This document shows positions 47,211 through 55,462 of a stretch of 64,000 bases of DNA, piece by piece. The notes beneath the pieces were generated by a model, which did no database searches, was not told the origin of the DNA, and worked only from the letters and a program-made list of their open reading frames with translations. Numbering within the stretch: the first letter of the stretch is position 1; each line of letters begins with the position of its first letter. The translations under genes and the position numbers were made by a program. The stretch is from the IMG/VR virus record IMGVR_UViG_3300017746_000005, positions 1-64,000 of that record; one strand, written 5' to 3'. The stretch is from an uncultured virus (IMG/VR IMGVR_UViG_3300017746_000005) (Duplodnaviria > Heunggongvirae > Uroviricota > Caudoviricetes).

Positions 47211-48008
47211 ATGGCTAATTACGCTTCTTATAAACAGATTAGTAACTCACAAATTGTTGATGGGTCTATTACTAACACTCAACTAGCGAGTGGAGCATTC
47301 TCCAATTGGAATGTTAAGTGGATATATGGTGATCCTACGGCAATGACTTCTGGATGTTGCTGCGCTTGGACTGTTCCTACTGGAGTACAACGAATTTATT
47401 GGGAACTCTGGGGTGCTGGAGGAAACGGACACGGAACATGTTCTTGTAATAGATGTTATAACTGGCATGGAGCCCAGGGTGGATACTATAACGCAAAAAC
47501 CATTGGAACAAAAGCTGGTTGTGCATATTCTGTATGTGCTGGTGGTGTTTATCGTTGTTGTTCTAGAGAGTGTGTTGGATGTGATGGATGTGTTTCATAT
47601 GTAAATGGATATAATTTAAGTAACTTCTGTGCAATGGGTGGCACTAGAGGTTGTGCTACCAACTCTTGGTCTACAACTTGCTATAGTTCTATGGCTAAGT
47701 GTTGTTTTCAACCTGGTGCTCATGGAGGAGACTTCGGAATGGGTAACCATGGTGGTGGTACTAGAAAGGGATATGGTTCTGCTGGTTGGAACTGTCATTG
47801 TTACTTCAATGAAAGTAGACCCACAGGAGCTCCATTCTTGGGTACTATGGCAGTTAATTCTACTGTTAGACATTGTTGGGTTCGTTGTGGATGCTGGAGA
47901 GCTCCATACGCACACGGTGGTCAGGGTGCAGTCACATCTTACTGTGAAAGATGTTGTGGACAAGGTGGAACAGGTGGAAGTGGTCTTGTTAAAATTAGTT
48001 ATATGTAA
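47211..48008 (+). CDS. Cys-rich Gly-rich-domain protein, paralog 3
   Basis: same architecture; 26 Cys in 265 aa (manual count); GATAAATA at 47183-47190. Confidence 0.8.
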   Translation: MANYASYKQISNSQIVDGSITNTQLASGAFSNWNVKWIYGDPTAMTSGCCCAWTVPTGVQRIYWELWGAGGNGHGTCSCNRCYNWHGAQGGYYNAKTIGTKAGCAYSVCAGGVYRCCSRECVGCDGCVSYVNGYNLSNFCAMGGTRGCATNSWSTTCYSSMAKCCFQPGAHGGDFGMGNHGGGTRKGYGSAGWNCHCYFNESRPTGAPFLGTMAVNSTVRHCWVRCGCWRAPYAHGGQGAVTSYCERCCGQGGTGGSGLVKISYM

Positions 48009-48048
48009 TTCTGGATGTTGTGGGGCAGGATGTCCCGATTGTCCATTT

Positions 48049-48073
48049 AGACCTCGAAAGGGGTCTTTTTTTT
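48049..48073 (+). terminator. rho-independent terminator after the Cys-rich triplet
   Basis: agacctc-GAAA-ggggtct hairpin followed by a T run. Confidence 0.8.
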
Positions 48074-48082
48074 ATGTTTTGT

Positions 48083-48090
48083 TATAAATA
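48083..48090 (+). promoter_or_regulatory. T4-type late promoter
   Basis: exact TATAAATA upstream of ATG 48125. Confidence 0.7.
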
Positions 48091-48124
48091 ACTGGGAAGG
48101 ATGTTAACCTGAAAAAATCTAACC

Positions 48125-48892
48125 ATGGCAACAGAAATTATTTCCCACGATTGGAACATGCCCGTTCCAAACGATTTCCTAAGAGATCACTCATATTCAG
48201 AAGGCAAAACAAGAGCCGTTACTTATGATGGTCCCGATAAAATTTGGCTACAAATTGGTGCTGATGGCACCGAAGTACATGGGCCCCTGACCGAAGATGA
48301 CATGGCTGATGGAAGACCAATTCCAGCCGATGTAACTCAAATGTTTGAAGTGGATTGCACCGAGTATCCACTCATCTGCCAACTGAGAGGACCAGTCATC
48401 GATGAAAAAGAAGAAAGCCGAGACATGGAGGATGACGTTGCTCATCCAGATTGTCCCGATATGACTGCTCAGGGGTACAGACAATTAAAGTATAATCAAC
48501 ATTTGTTTATCGAAGATCTTTATGATGGTGCATCGGTAAGAATCGTTGATGGAGCTCCAACAGTACATGCATTCAGTGTTAATGAGAAACTTATTGGTAG
48601 AGCCGATGATCTAACTTGGGATGAGATCAGAGATCATAGAAATGGAATTCTCAGTGGTAGTGATGGTCAAATTGCAGAGGACATGCCCGAGGACATGAAG
48701 ACTATATGGAAAGCATATCGTCAGAAGTTGAGAGATCTTCCCGCTGAATTAGCTGCAGCTGGTGTTTCTCCAAATATGGCATACTATATGTTCCCTGACG
48801 TACCATACTTTACTAATCCTCCATCTGACCCAGAAGAACCTGCAGATGCATCTGCCGATTGGGCGCCCCCAAGTAGTGGTGTTATTGGTTGA
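48125..48892 (+). CDS. phage tail (fibre) assembly chaperone-like protein with long N-terminal extension
   Basis: C-terminal W.EIR..RN..L..SD.....D.P......W..YRQ.LRDLP motif. Confidence 0.8.
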   Translation: MATEIISHDWNMPVPNDFLRDHSYSEGKTRAVTYDGPDKIWLQIGADGTEVHGPLTEDDMADGRPIPADVTQMFEVDCTEYPLICQLRGPVIDEKEESRDMEDDVAHPDCPDMTAQGYRQLKYNQHLFIEDLYDGASVRIVDGAPTVHAFSVNEKLIGRADDLTWDEIRDHRNGILSGSDGQIAEDMPEDMKTIWKAYRQKLRDLPAELAAAGVSPNMAYYMFPDVPYFTNPPSDPEEPADASADWAPPSSGVIG

Positions 48893-48919
48893 GTCTGAGG
48901 TAGATATATAATATTATAT

Positions 48920-48941
48920 GGGAGCTAAGGCTCCCTTTTTT
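48920..48941 (+). terminator. rho-independent terminator
   Basis: gggagc-taag-gctccc followed by TTTTTT. Confidence 0.8.
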
Positions 48942-48954
48942 AATGGGAAGAAAT

Positions 48955-49587
48955 ATGTTTGAACTAAATGAATCTCGTAAGACGACAGTAAAAAAAATAT
49001 ATGATCATGCTAAAAATGACCTAGGGCATGTATGGAGATATGTAATTACTATAGATGATTTCTATAAAAATCCCGATGAAGTACGAAAAATTGCTCTTAA
49101 TGGTACTCGCAAGACCGATAAGAAATATACGGGAAATCTTATAGGATCAAGAGTTATTGAAAATATAGAAGGATTTGATGAGAATTTAAAATCAGTTTTT
49201 GAAAAAGCATGTCAATTTGATTTTTGGAATCCAGAGTACGATGATACTTTTTGGAGAGATACTAAATTTATGGCAAATGTAACTAATGGAAATGATATTG
49301 AAACTAGATTCAATGAGAAAAAACATACATATACATTCCATAAAGATTCCACTAATTATAAGTGGGCTGCAGTAATCTACCTCAATAAAGATCAGGAATG
49401 TGATGGAGGAACTAATTTTTATGCTTGGATGCCAGACGATCCATCAGCCGTACCAAGATTAGAATATGAATCTAAAATGAAATACAATAGGATGGTGTTA
49501 TATGAATGTGATCACATGCATGGAGCAGTTCTTAAAAGGGGTATGTTTACTGAGTTTCCAAGACTTGTACAAGTATTATTCATGTAA
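48955..49587 (+). CDS. 2OG-Fe(II) oxygenase-like protein (DUF6445-like)
   Basis: IDDFYKNPDEVR, HKD, WAAVIYLN....C.GGT.FY, MKYNRMVLY....H, RLVQV.F; alternative start 48943. Confidence 0.75.
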   Translation: MFELNESRKTTVKKIYDHAKNDLGHVWRYVITIDDFYKNPDEVRKIALNGTRKTDKKYTGNLIGSRVIENIEGFDENLKSVFEKACQFDFWNPEYDDTFWRDTKFMANVTNGNDIETRFNEKKHTYTFHKDSTNYKWAAVIYLNKDQECDGGTNFYAWMPDDPSAVPRLEYESKMKYNRMVLYECDHMHGAVLKRGMFTEFPRLVQVLFM

Positions 49588-49596
49588 TTTTGGTAG

Positions 49597-49604
49597 ACTA
49601 AATA
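49597..49604 (+). promoter_or_regulatory. late-promoter-like motif upstream of the sugar-modification operon
   Basis: ACTAAATA, identical to the motif in front of gp8 (23502-23509). Confidence 0.55.
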
Positions 49605-49650
49605 CATCAGAATAGATCATTCTTTATTATACTGTTTGGAGTTTTTTTAT

Positions 49651-50826
49651 ATGAGATCCAAAGCATTTTTTGTCAATGGAGGAGCCGGTAGAGTGCTTTG
49701 CTCCATTCCTGCATTTGAAAAATATGCAGAAACACATGATGATTTTATCATCGTTGCTGAAGGAGGAACTGACTTTTTTAAAGGTCATCCAACTTTAGAT
49801 GGTAAAGTTTATGATATGTGGCACAAGAATTTGTTTCAGGAACATTTGAAACATAGAGATTGTGTTTCACCAGAACCATATAGAATGTGGCATTACTACA
49901 ATCAAAAATGTAGTTTGACACAGGCTTTTGATATGGAAATCAATGGTCTAGATGAACCCAGAGAACTTCCCAAACCAACTCTCAATCTCACTAAGATGGA
50001 GGTTATTGCTGGTTACAATATGATTCAAGAAGTGAAATCAGTAAGTGGTAAAGATAAAGTCGTAGTAATCCAGCCTTTCGGTAGAGGTGTTCAGCAAGTT
50101 GGAGAGTTTATCGCAGATGCTTCGTCAAGAAGTATGTCTCTCGTAAACACTGTAGATATTATCAATGATCTTAAAAAAGATTATGGTATCATTGTAATGT
50201 CTGAACTCCAGTTTCCAGTAGAAGAAAATGAAGAGAAGTCAAAATATAAAATTGCAAGACCTCAAATTGAGGACATTAGAGTATGGGCTGCTATTATAGA
50301 TGTTGCTGATCACTTTATAGGTGTAGATAGTATCGGTCAACATATTTGCAAGTCTCTTGACAAAAAAGCAACTGTAGTTATTGGATCTACTTATCCAGTT
50401 AATATTTCTTATCCAGAAGATAGTAACTTTGATCTAATTGATATTGGTTTAGACAGAAGGAAATATTCTCCAATTAGATTAACTATGGATGAAACTGTTG
50501 ATCGGTATAATGATCAATCCATGGAAATGTCTGCGGAACAAGTCAAATCTATTTTGCGTTCTGCTAGAAAACATTTAGGTAAACCCGTTTCATTTAAAGG
50601 AACTTATACTCCTCCACAAAGCACAGAATGTCCTACATGCCCGCCTGGAACTTCAACAACTCCTGCAATTGCACCAGGAAATACTGCAGTGTTGCCAGGA
50701 AGTGCTGCATTGATGCCACAACCTCAGTGGAATCAACCACCTGCAAATATTGTAGAAAAACCTAAAAAACCAAAAGTAGGTTTCAAAAACGAAGTAAAGA
50801 ATCTACTAAAAACTGATATTAATTGA
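49651..50826 (+). CDS. GT-B glycosyltransferase, family 9 (heptosyltransferase)-like
   Basis: N-terminal GGAGRVLCSIPA (cf. GxxGD.....P), VVIQPFG, WAAII..ADHFIGVDS.GQH......KKATVVIG.T; next to ADP-heptose enzymes. Confidence 0.65.
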   Translation: MRSKAFFVNGGAGRVLCSIPAFEKYAETHDDFIIVAEGGTDFFKGHPTLDGKVYDMWHKNLFQEHLKHRDCVSPEPYRMWHYYNQKCSLTQAFDMEINGLDEPRELPKPTLNLTKMEVIAGYNMIQEVKSVSGKDKVVVIQPFGRGVQQVGEFIADASSRSMSLVNTVDIINDLKKDYGIIVMSELQFPVEENEEKSKYKIARPQIEDIRVWAAIIDVADHFIGVDSIGQHICKSLDKKATVVIGSTYPVNISYPEDSNFDLIDIGLDRRKYSPIRLTMDETVDRYNDQSMEMSAEQVKSILRSARKHLGKPVSFKGTYTPPQSTECPTCPPGTSTTPAIAPGNTAVLPGSAALMPQPQWNQPPANIVEKPKKPKVGFKNEVKNLLKTDIN

Positions 50827-50835
50827 GGTATTTAA

Positions 50836-52632
50836 ATGTCACAATGGATTGCGGCTATTGCCCGAGGTCACAACTCAGGGCTCTGTCTACTAAAAGATGG
50901 TGAAATTGTCTTATCAATAGAAGAAGAACGACTTTCTAGGAACAAGTATGATGGAGGTCCATATGCTTGTATGACTAGAATTTTGGACTTCACGGATACT
51001 CTTGATTATCTCGTTATCGCACATACTCAACCACTAAGTGAGGCTGGGCATTGTGATTTTAGTGGAGATCCAATCTATGTTGCATTGGCAAGAAAGTTAG
51101 GACTAATTGATAGGAAAGAAAATCCAAATCAACACCCTCAAGTTATTGATTTGAGTTCAACTCACCATAAACTTCACGCAGCATGTGCCTTCTATAGGTC
51201 TGGATTTAGTCGTGCTGCAGCTGTTGTTGTTGATGGTGCAGGTACTTTCATTCCCATGAATATTAATGGGGAAAATGAAATGACATGGGAACTAGAATCC
51301 ATGTTCAATTGTGAGTATCCATCAGAATTCAAGACAATCTACAAACATCAAGGCGGAAGAGGTCCATGGAACTCTATTCGATTTGAAGAGTTTAGTAGTG
51401 AAAGGGAAGGTGAGGAAGGAACTCATGAAATGATTCTTGATGATACTGCTGGTATCACTAAGGCATATGAAGCTGTAACACAGTATTGTGGGTGGTCTCC
51501 TATTGAAGCTGGTAAAACTATGGGTCTATTCCCATATGGAACCCCCAATGACGATATTCCAGATGTGTATACGGATTATAACGGGGCCTCTGAGTGGAAA
51601 ACATCCAATAGAGACCTCATTACACCAACGTATCCTAACGGTGCCCTAGTCAATCAGGGGCGGTTTAAATACCTTAAGACTGACTATGACTTTGAAGGTG
51701 ATATGACCCTCTTACAGAACCGTAGAGACATGGCATACGCTATTCAAGTAGAGTCTCAACAAATGGTTCTGGACCTAATTCGTAAAGTTGTAAATATGAC
51801 TGGTCAAACTAATGTAGTATTGACTGGTGGATATGCACTAAATTGTGTTGCTAACTATTGGTATCTTGAACAACTAAAAGATGAAGGTATTAATCTATTT
51901 GTAGAACCTGTAAGTAATGATGCTGGTACTGCAATTGGAGCTGCACTTCTCCAATACCATAGAGTAACTAAAGATGCACAAGTCCGCGAACCCCTAAAAG
52001 ATCTTTATACTGGATTTGAATATATGTATTCGACTGATCAAATTGTAGATACTGCAGATAAGTATGGATCTACAAGAGTTTTTGAAGCCACAAACAAAGA
52101 TGTAATTGATTTAATTACCAATAAAAATATTGTTGCTATCTTCCAAGGTAGATCCGAGGCTGGTCCTAGAGCACTAGGTAACAGGTCTATTCTTTATGAT
52201 CCTCGTGATCCAGATGGAAAGGATTTTGTTAATAAAGTAAAAAATCGTGAATACTTCCGACCTTTTGCTGGATCAATCCTTAAAGAACATGTTCATGAGT
52301 GGTTTGATCTTCGTGGTATGGACGAAACCCCATTCATGATGTATGCTGTTAAATGTCAGGATGGGATTGAAGAGAAAATTCCTGCAATCATTCATGTTGA
52401 TGGTACTTGTAGGATTCAAACAGTCACCGAAGAACAAAATAAAAATTATTATGATTTGATTAAAGAATTTTATGAAGCTACTGGTTGTCCTATTGTCTTC
52501 AACACTTCTTTTAATTTGGGGGGCGAGCCTCTCGTTGAAACAATTGATGATGCTTGCAGAACCCTTTCTGAATCTGATATCGAATATCTCTACTTACCCG
52601 AACATGGGTTGATGATTGAGGCTAAAAATTAA
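50836..52632 (+). CDS. O-carbamoyltransferase (NodU/CmcH/TobZ family), full length
   Basis: EEERLSR.K, HH..HA..AFY.SG, VVVDGAG, GKTMGL, GG.ALNCVAN, DAGTAIG, C-terminal E.GPRALGNRSIL, KNRE.FRPFA, HVDGTCRIQTV, NTSFNLGGEPLV. Confidence 0.92.
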   Translation: MSQWIAAIARGHNSGLCLLKDGEIVLSIEEERLSRNKYDGGPYACMTRILDFTDTLDYLVIAHTQPLSEAGHCDFSGDPIYVALARKLGLIDRKENPNQHPQVIDLSSTHHKLHAACAFYRSGFSRAAAVVVDGAGTFIPMNINGENEMTWELESMFNCEYPSEFKTIYKHQGGRGPWNSIRFEEFSSEREGEEGTHEMILDDTAGITKAYEAVTQYCGWSPIEAGKTMGLFPYGTPNDDIPDVYTDYNGASEWKTSNRDLITPTYPNGALVNQGRFKYLKTDYDFEGDMTLLQNRRDMAYAIQVESQQMVLDLIRKVVNMTGQTNVVLTGGYALNCVANYWYLEQLKDEGINLFVEPVSNDAGTAIGAALLQYHRVTKDAQVREPLKDLYTGFEYMYSTDQIVDTADKYGSTRVFEATNKDVIDLITNKNIVAIFQGRSEAGPRALGNRSILYDPRDPDGKDFVNKVKNREYFRPFAGSILKEHVHEWFDLRGMDETPFMMYAVKCQDGIEEKIPAIIHVDGTCRIQTVTEEQNKNYYDLIKEFYEATGCPIVFNTSFNLGGEPLVETIDDACRTLSESDIEYLYLPEHGLMIEAKN

Positions 52633-53039
52633 TGAAGACTGTATTTGTAAATGGCACGTTTGATATTTTACATCCTGGACACATAGAACTATTCAGAGTA
52701 GCGAGATCTCTGGGTGATCGTGTCATTGTCGCTACAGATAGTGATGTGAAGATTAAAAAAGATAAAGGTCAAACCAAACCCATAAATGATCTTTGTTATA
52801 GAATATCAATGCTCGAATCAATCAAGTATATTGATGTTGTCCACTATTTCAATGATCGAAAGGGATTGGAAGATCTTATCAGAGTTTATAAACCAGATAT
52901 TCTCCTCTTAGGAAATGACTGGGAAAATGGTGATGTTGTTGGAAAAGATATTGTCAAAGAAGTTAGATTCTTACCAAGAGTTGGAGATTATTCTTCGAGC
53001 TCAATTATCAAAAAAATTCTAATTAACAACTTGGACTGA
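52632..53039 (+). CDS. heptose-1-phosphate nucleotidyltransferase (HldE/RfaE domain II-like)
   Basis: VNGTFDILHPGH (HxGH), DSD..I...KG...PIN...R..ML, YSSS.II. Confidence 0.8.
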   Translation: MKTVFVNGTFDILHPGHIELFRVARSLGDRVIVATDSDVKIKKDKGQTKPINDLCYRISMLESIKYIDVVHYFNDRKGLEDLIRVYKPDILLLGNDWENGDVVGKDIVKEVRFLPRVGDYSSSSIIKKILINNLD

Positions 53040-53815
53040 TGGAATGTAATATATTAGTTATTGGAGATTCATGTGATGATGAATACATCTATGGAGATTG
53101 TTCTAGGTTAAACCCAGAAGGACCTATTCCTGTTCTGGACAAGACATCCACAGAAGTAACACCTGGAATGGCATCAAATGTCAATGATAATTTGAGATCT
53201 TTTGGTGTCCGAACAAATCTAATTACGCAAAAAGAAACAATCAAGAAAACTCGATTTGTAGATAGAAAAAGTAATTATCAATTACTCAGAGTTGATACAA
53301 CTCCCGAGGTAACTCCATTAAGTGCTCCTCAGGTAAGAATGGCATTTATGCATAGTAAATATGATGCACTAGTAATATCAGACTATGATAAAGGTTTTCT
53401 TACAGATCAAGCATTACGTATTATCTGCACATATTTTAAAGGACCAATTTTTATTGACACAAAGAAAACTAAATTATTTCAACAACCTAATGTTTTCTTC
53501 AAGATAAACAAAAAAGAATATGATTTACTTGATCGTGAATTTATGCCTCATGATACTAATTTAATCGTAACTTTAGGATCAAATGGATGTAGGTGGAGGG
53601 GTATTAATTTCACACCAAGAAAGGTCAATGTATTTGATGTATGTGGAGCTGGTGATACCTTCCTCTCTGCCTTAGTGGTTGAATTTATTCGCACAAAAGA
53701 TATGCAGAATTCTATTAATTTTGCAAATATGGCAGCTTCTATTTCCGTAGAAAACTCAGGAACATATAAACTAACCAAAGATGACATTATGAGAATTTAT
53801 AATGGACAACTTTAA
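53039..53815 (+). CDS. PfkB-family heptose-7-phosphate kinase (HldE/RfaE domain I-like)
   Basis: ILVIGD...DEY.YG...RLNPE.P.PV, KTRF.......LLRVD, ISDYDKG, DVCGAGDTF. Confidence 0.88.
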   Translation: MECNILVIGDSCDDEYIYGDCSRLNPEGPIPVLDKTSTEVTPGMASNVNDNLRSFGVRTNLITQKETIKKTRFVDRKSNYQLLRVDTTPEVTPLSAPQVRMAFMHSKYDALVISDYDKGFLTDQALRIICTYFKGPIFIDTKKTKLFQQPNVFFKINKKEYDLLDREFMPHDTNLIVTLGSNGCRWRGINFTPRKVNVFDVCGAGDTFLSALVVEFIRTKDMQNSINFANMAASISVENSGTYKLTKDDIMRIYNGQL

Positions 53816-54347
53816 ACAACCCAATCCAGTATTCTGGATGCCTTTCTTTATCGAAAAAATTGATATTAGTAAATTAGAGTTTAAAGAAGAACCAGAATAC
53901 AAACCAACTTTTATTTCTCGTACTCCAACTACAATGGAGGCAGATGAACTTACTCAAGAGTCATATAATTATCTTGGCAGGATTCTTTGGGAGTGTATAG
54001 GTCAATATACAGAGAAACCATTTTATATTGGTTCAGTTTGGCGTAACAAGTATGAGAAAACAGACTGGCAAGATCCACATATTCATTCTGGAGCTCAATG
54101 GAGTTTTGTAATTTATGTGGATGTTGAGGAATCTAAGACTGTTTTTCTTTCCCCAAGTAGACATAATCAAATGAATCAATGGGGATATCTAGGTCATGCT
54201 TTTCCTATAGAGTATATGCCAAAAGTTTCTTCTGAAAATATTATAATTTTCCCGTCATTCATTGAACATTTTGTTCCCCCTGGGAATGAAGGCATAACTA
54301 TATCAGGTAACATTTATTATGATCAGCCTCCAGGAGGACCAGTATGA
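53802..54347 (+). CDS. 2OG-Fe(II) oxygenase-like protein (TIGR02466-like)
   Basis: W.N.Y...DWQDPHIH, WSFVIY, IIIFPSFIEHFV, TISGN. Confidence 0.65.
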   Translation: MDNFKQPNPVFWMPFFIEKIDISKLEFKEEPEYKPTFISRTPTTMEADELTQESYNYLGRILWECIGQYTEKPFYIGSVWRNKYEKTDWQDPHIHSGAQWSFVIYVDVEESKTVFLSPSRHNQMNQWGYLGHAFPIEYMPKVSSENIIIFPSFIEHFVPPGNEGITISGNIYYDQPPGGPV

Positions 54348-55462
54348 AACAAGTTGGACTTAATCTTTCCCATGATTCCTCACTCTGTATTGTCGATCAA
54401 GGAGAAACAGAGATATTCATTGAAGAAGAGAGATATTCCAGAATCAAACATGATGGAGACCCATTTCATGTATTGGACAAACATTTTAGGGGAATAGATT
54501 CTGAAGATTATTCCAATACATACAATCTTGGAATGACTGGACTTTTAGATGAGGATCCTAAAGGAGGAAACGCTCTACAAATTGCTTCAGAGACAGTCAA
54601 TAGAACACTCTCTAAGATACTAACTTATAAAGATTTTGATAAGTGGTGTGCTCATAGTCATAAGCACGCACAAAATGTAATATATAACGAGCATCATCTT
54701 TTACATGCTTATTCTGGATTCTATAATTCTGGATTTGATGATGCAGCGATTGTAGTAGTTGATGCTATGGGAAATACACTAAGGAATAATGATAGATATG
54801 TAGAAGTTGCTACTACTTTCATTGGTGGTTATCCAAATATAATGGTTCCAATTGTTGGAATGTCTACACCAACTTACATGGCTTGTGATTCTGCAGAACA
54901 TAAAGGTGGATGGAACTGCGGAATCGGTATGGCATATTCTGCGGTATCGTCTTATCTTGGTTTTGGTGGACTTGGGGCTGGAAAAGTAATGGGTCTTGCT
55001 CCATACGGTAAAGAAGATCCCAATATTAAATCTTTCATTTTAGATGATGGATATACTGTAGACTCGAATTTATTTTACAGAACCAGATTTGGTGCAAACT
55101 TTATTCCATATGATTATCTCCCTCCTCATGTAGAAGCAGTAAACATAGAAAAACATTTCCAAAAACTTGCAAATCTTGCTTGGAGACTTCAAGAAGATTT
55201 TCAGACTCATATGTTATTTCTTCTCACCGATGCACTTGAAAGAACAAATATGCGAAATCTTGTTCTTACTGGTGGATGCGCTCTAAATTGTGTTGCAAAT
55301 TATTGGTACTTAGACAAGTTACCAAAAGATGTCAAACTATATGTAGAACCTATTAGTAATGATGCTGGAGTTTCTTTGGGACTTGCAAAATATTTGTATT
55401 ACACTGAAACTGAATCATACAAAAAACATCCTCTCAAAAATTTGTATTTAGGTCCAAAATGA
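54344..55462 (+). CDS. carbamoyltransferase N-terminal (Kae1-like) domain-only protein A
   Basis: SHDSS, EEERYSRIKHD, EHHLLHA..GFY.SGF, VVDAMG, GKVMGLAPYG, GGCALNCVAN, NDAG; ends at LYLGP with no C-terminal domain. Confidence 0.85.
   Translation: MKQVGLNLSHDSSLCIVDQGETEIFIEEERYSRIKHDGDPFHVLDKHFRGIDSEDYSNTYNLGMTGLLDEDPKGGNALQIASETVNRTLSKILTYKDFDKWCAHSHKHAQNVIYNEHHLLHAYSGFYNSGFDDAAIVVVDAMGNTLRNNDRYVEVATTFIGGYPNIMVPIVGMSTPTYMACDSAEHKGGWNCGIGMAYSAVSSYLGFGGLGAGKVMGLAPYGKEDPNIKSFILDDGYTVDSNLFYRTRFGANFIPYDYLPPHVEAVNIEKHFQKLANLAWRLQEDFQTHMLFLLTDALERTNMRNLVLTGGCALNCVANYWYLDKLPKDVKLYVEPISNDAGVSLGLAKYLYYTETESYKKHPLKNLYLGPK

Noticed and set aside
45588..48008. Cys-rich genes as RiPP precursors or metallothioneins
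   Set aside because: They are ~260-aa proteins with a recognisable Gly-rich fibre-tip scaffold followed by a fibre chaperone; no leader/core organisation, peptidase, transporter, LanM, YcaO or radical-SAM gene nearby.
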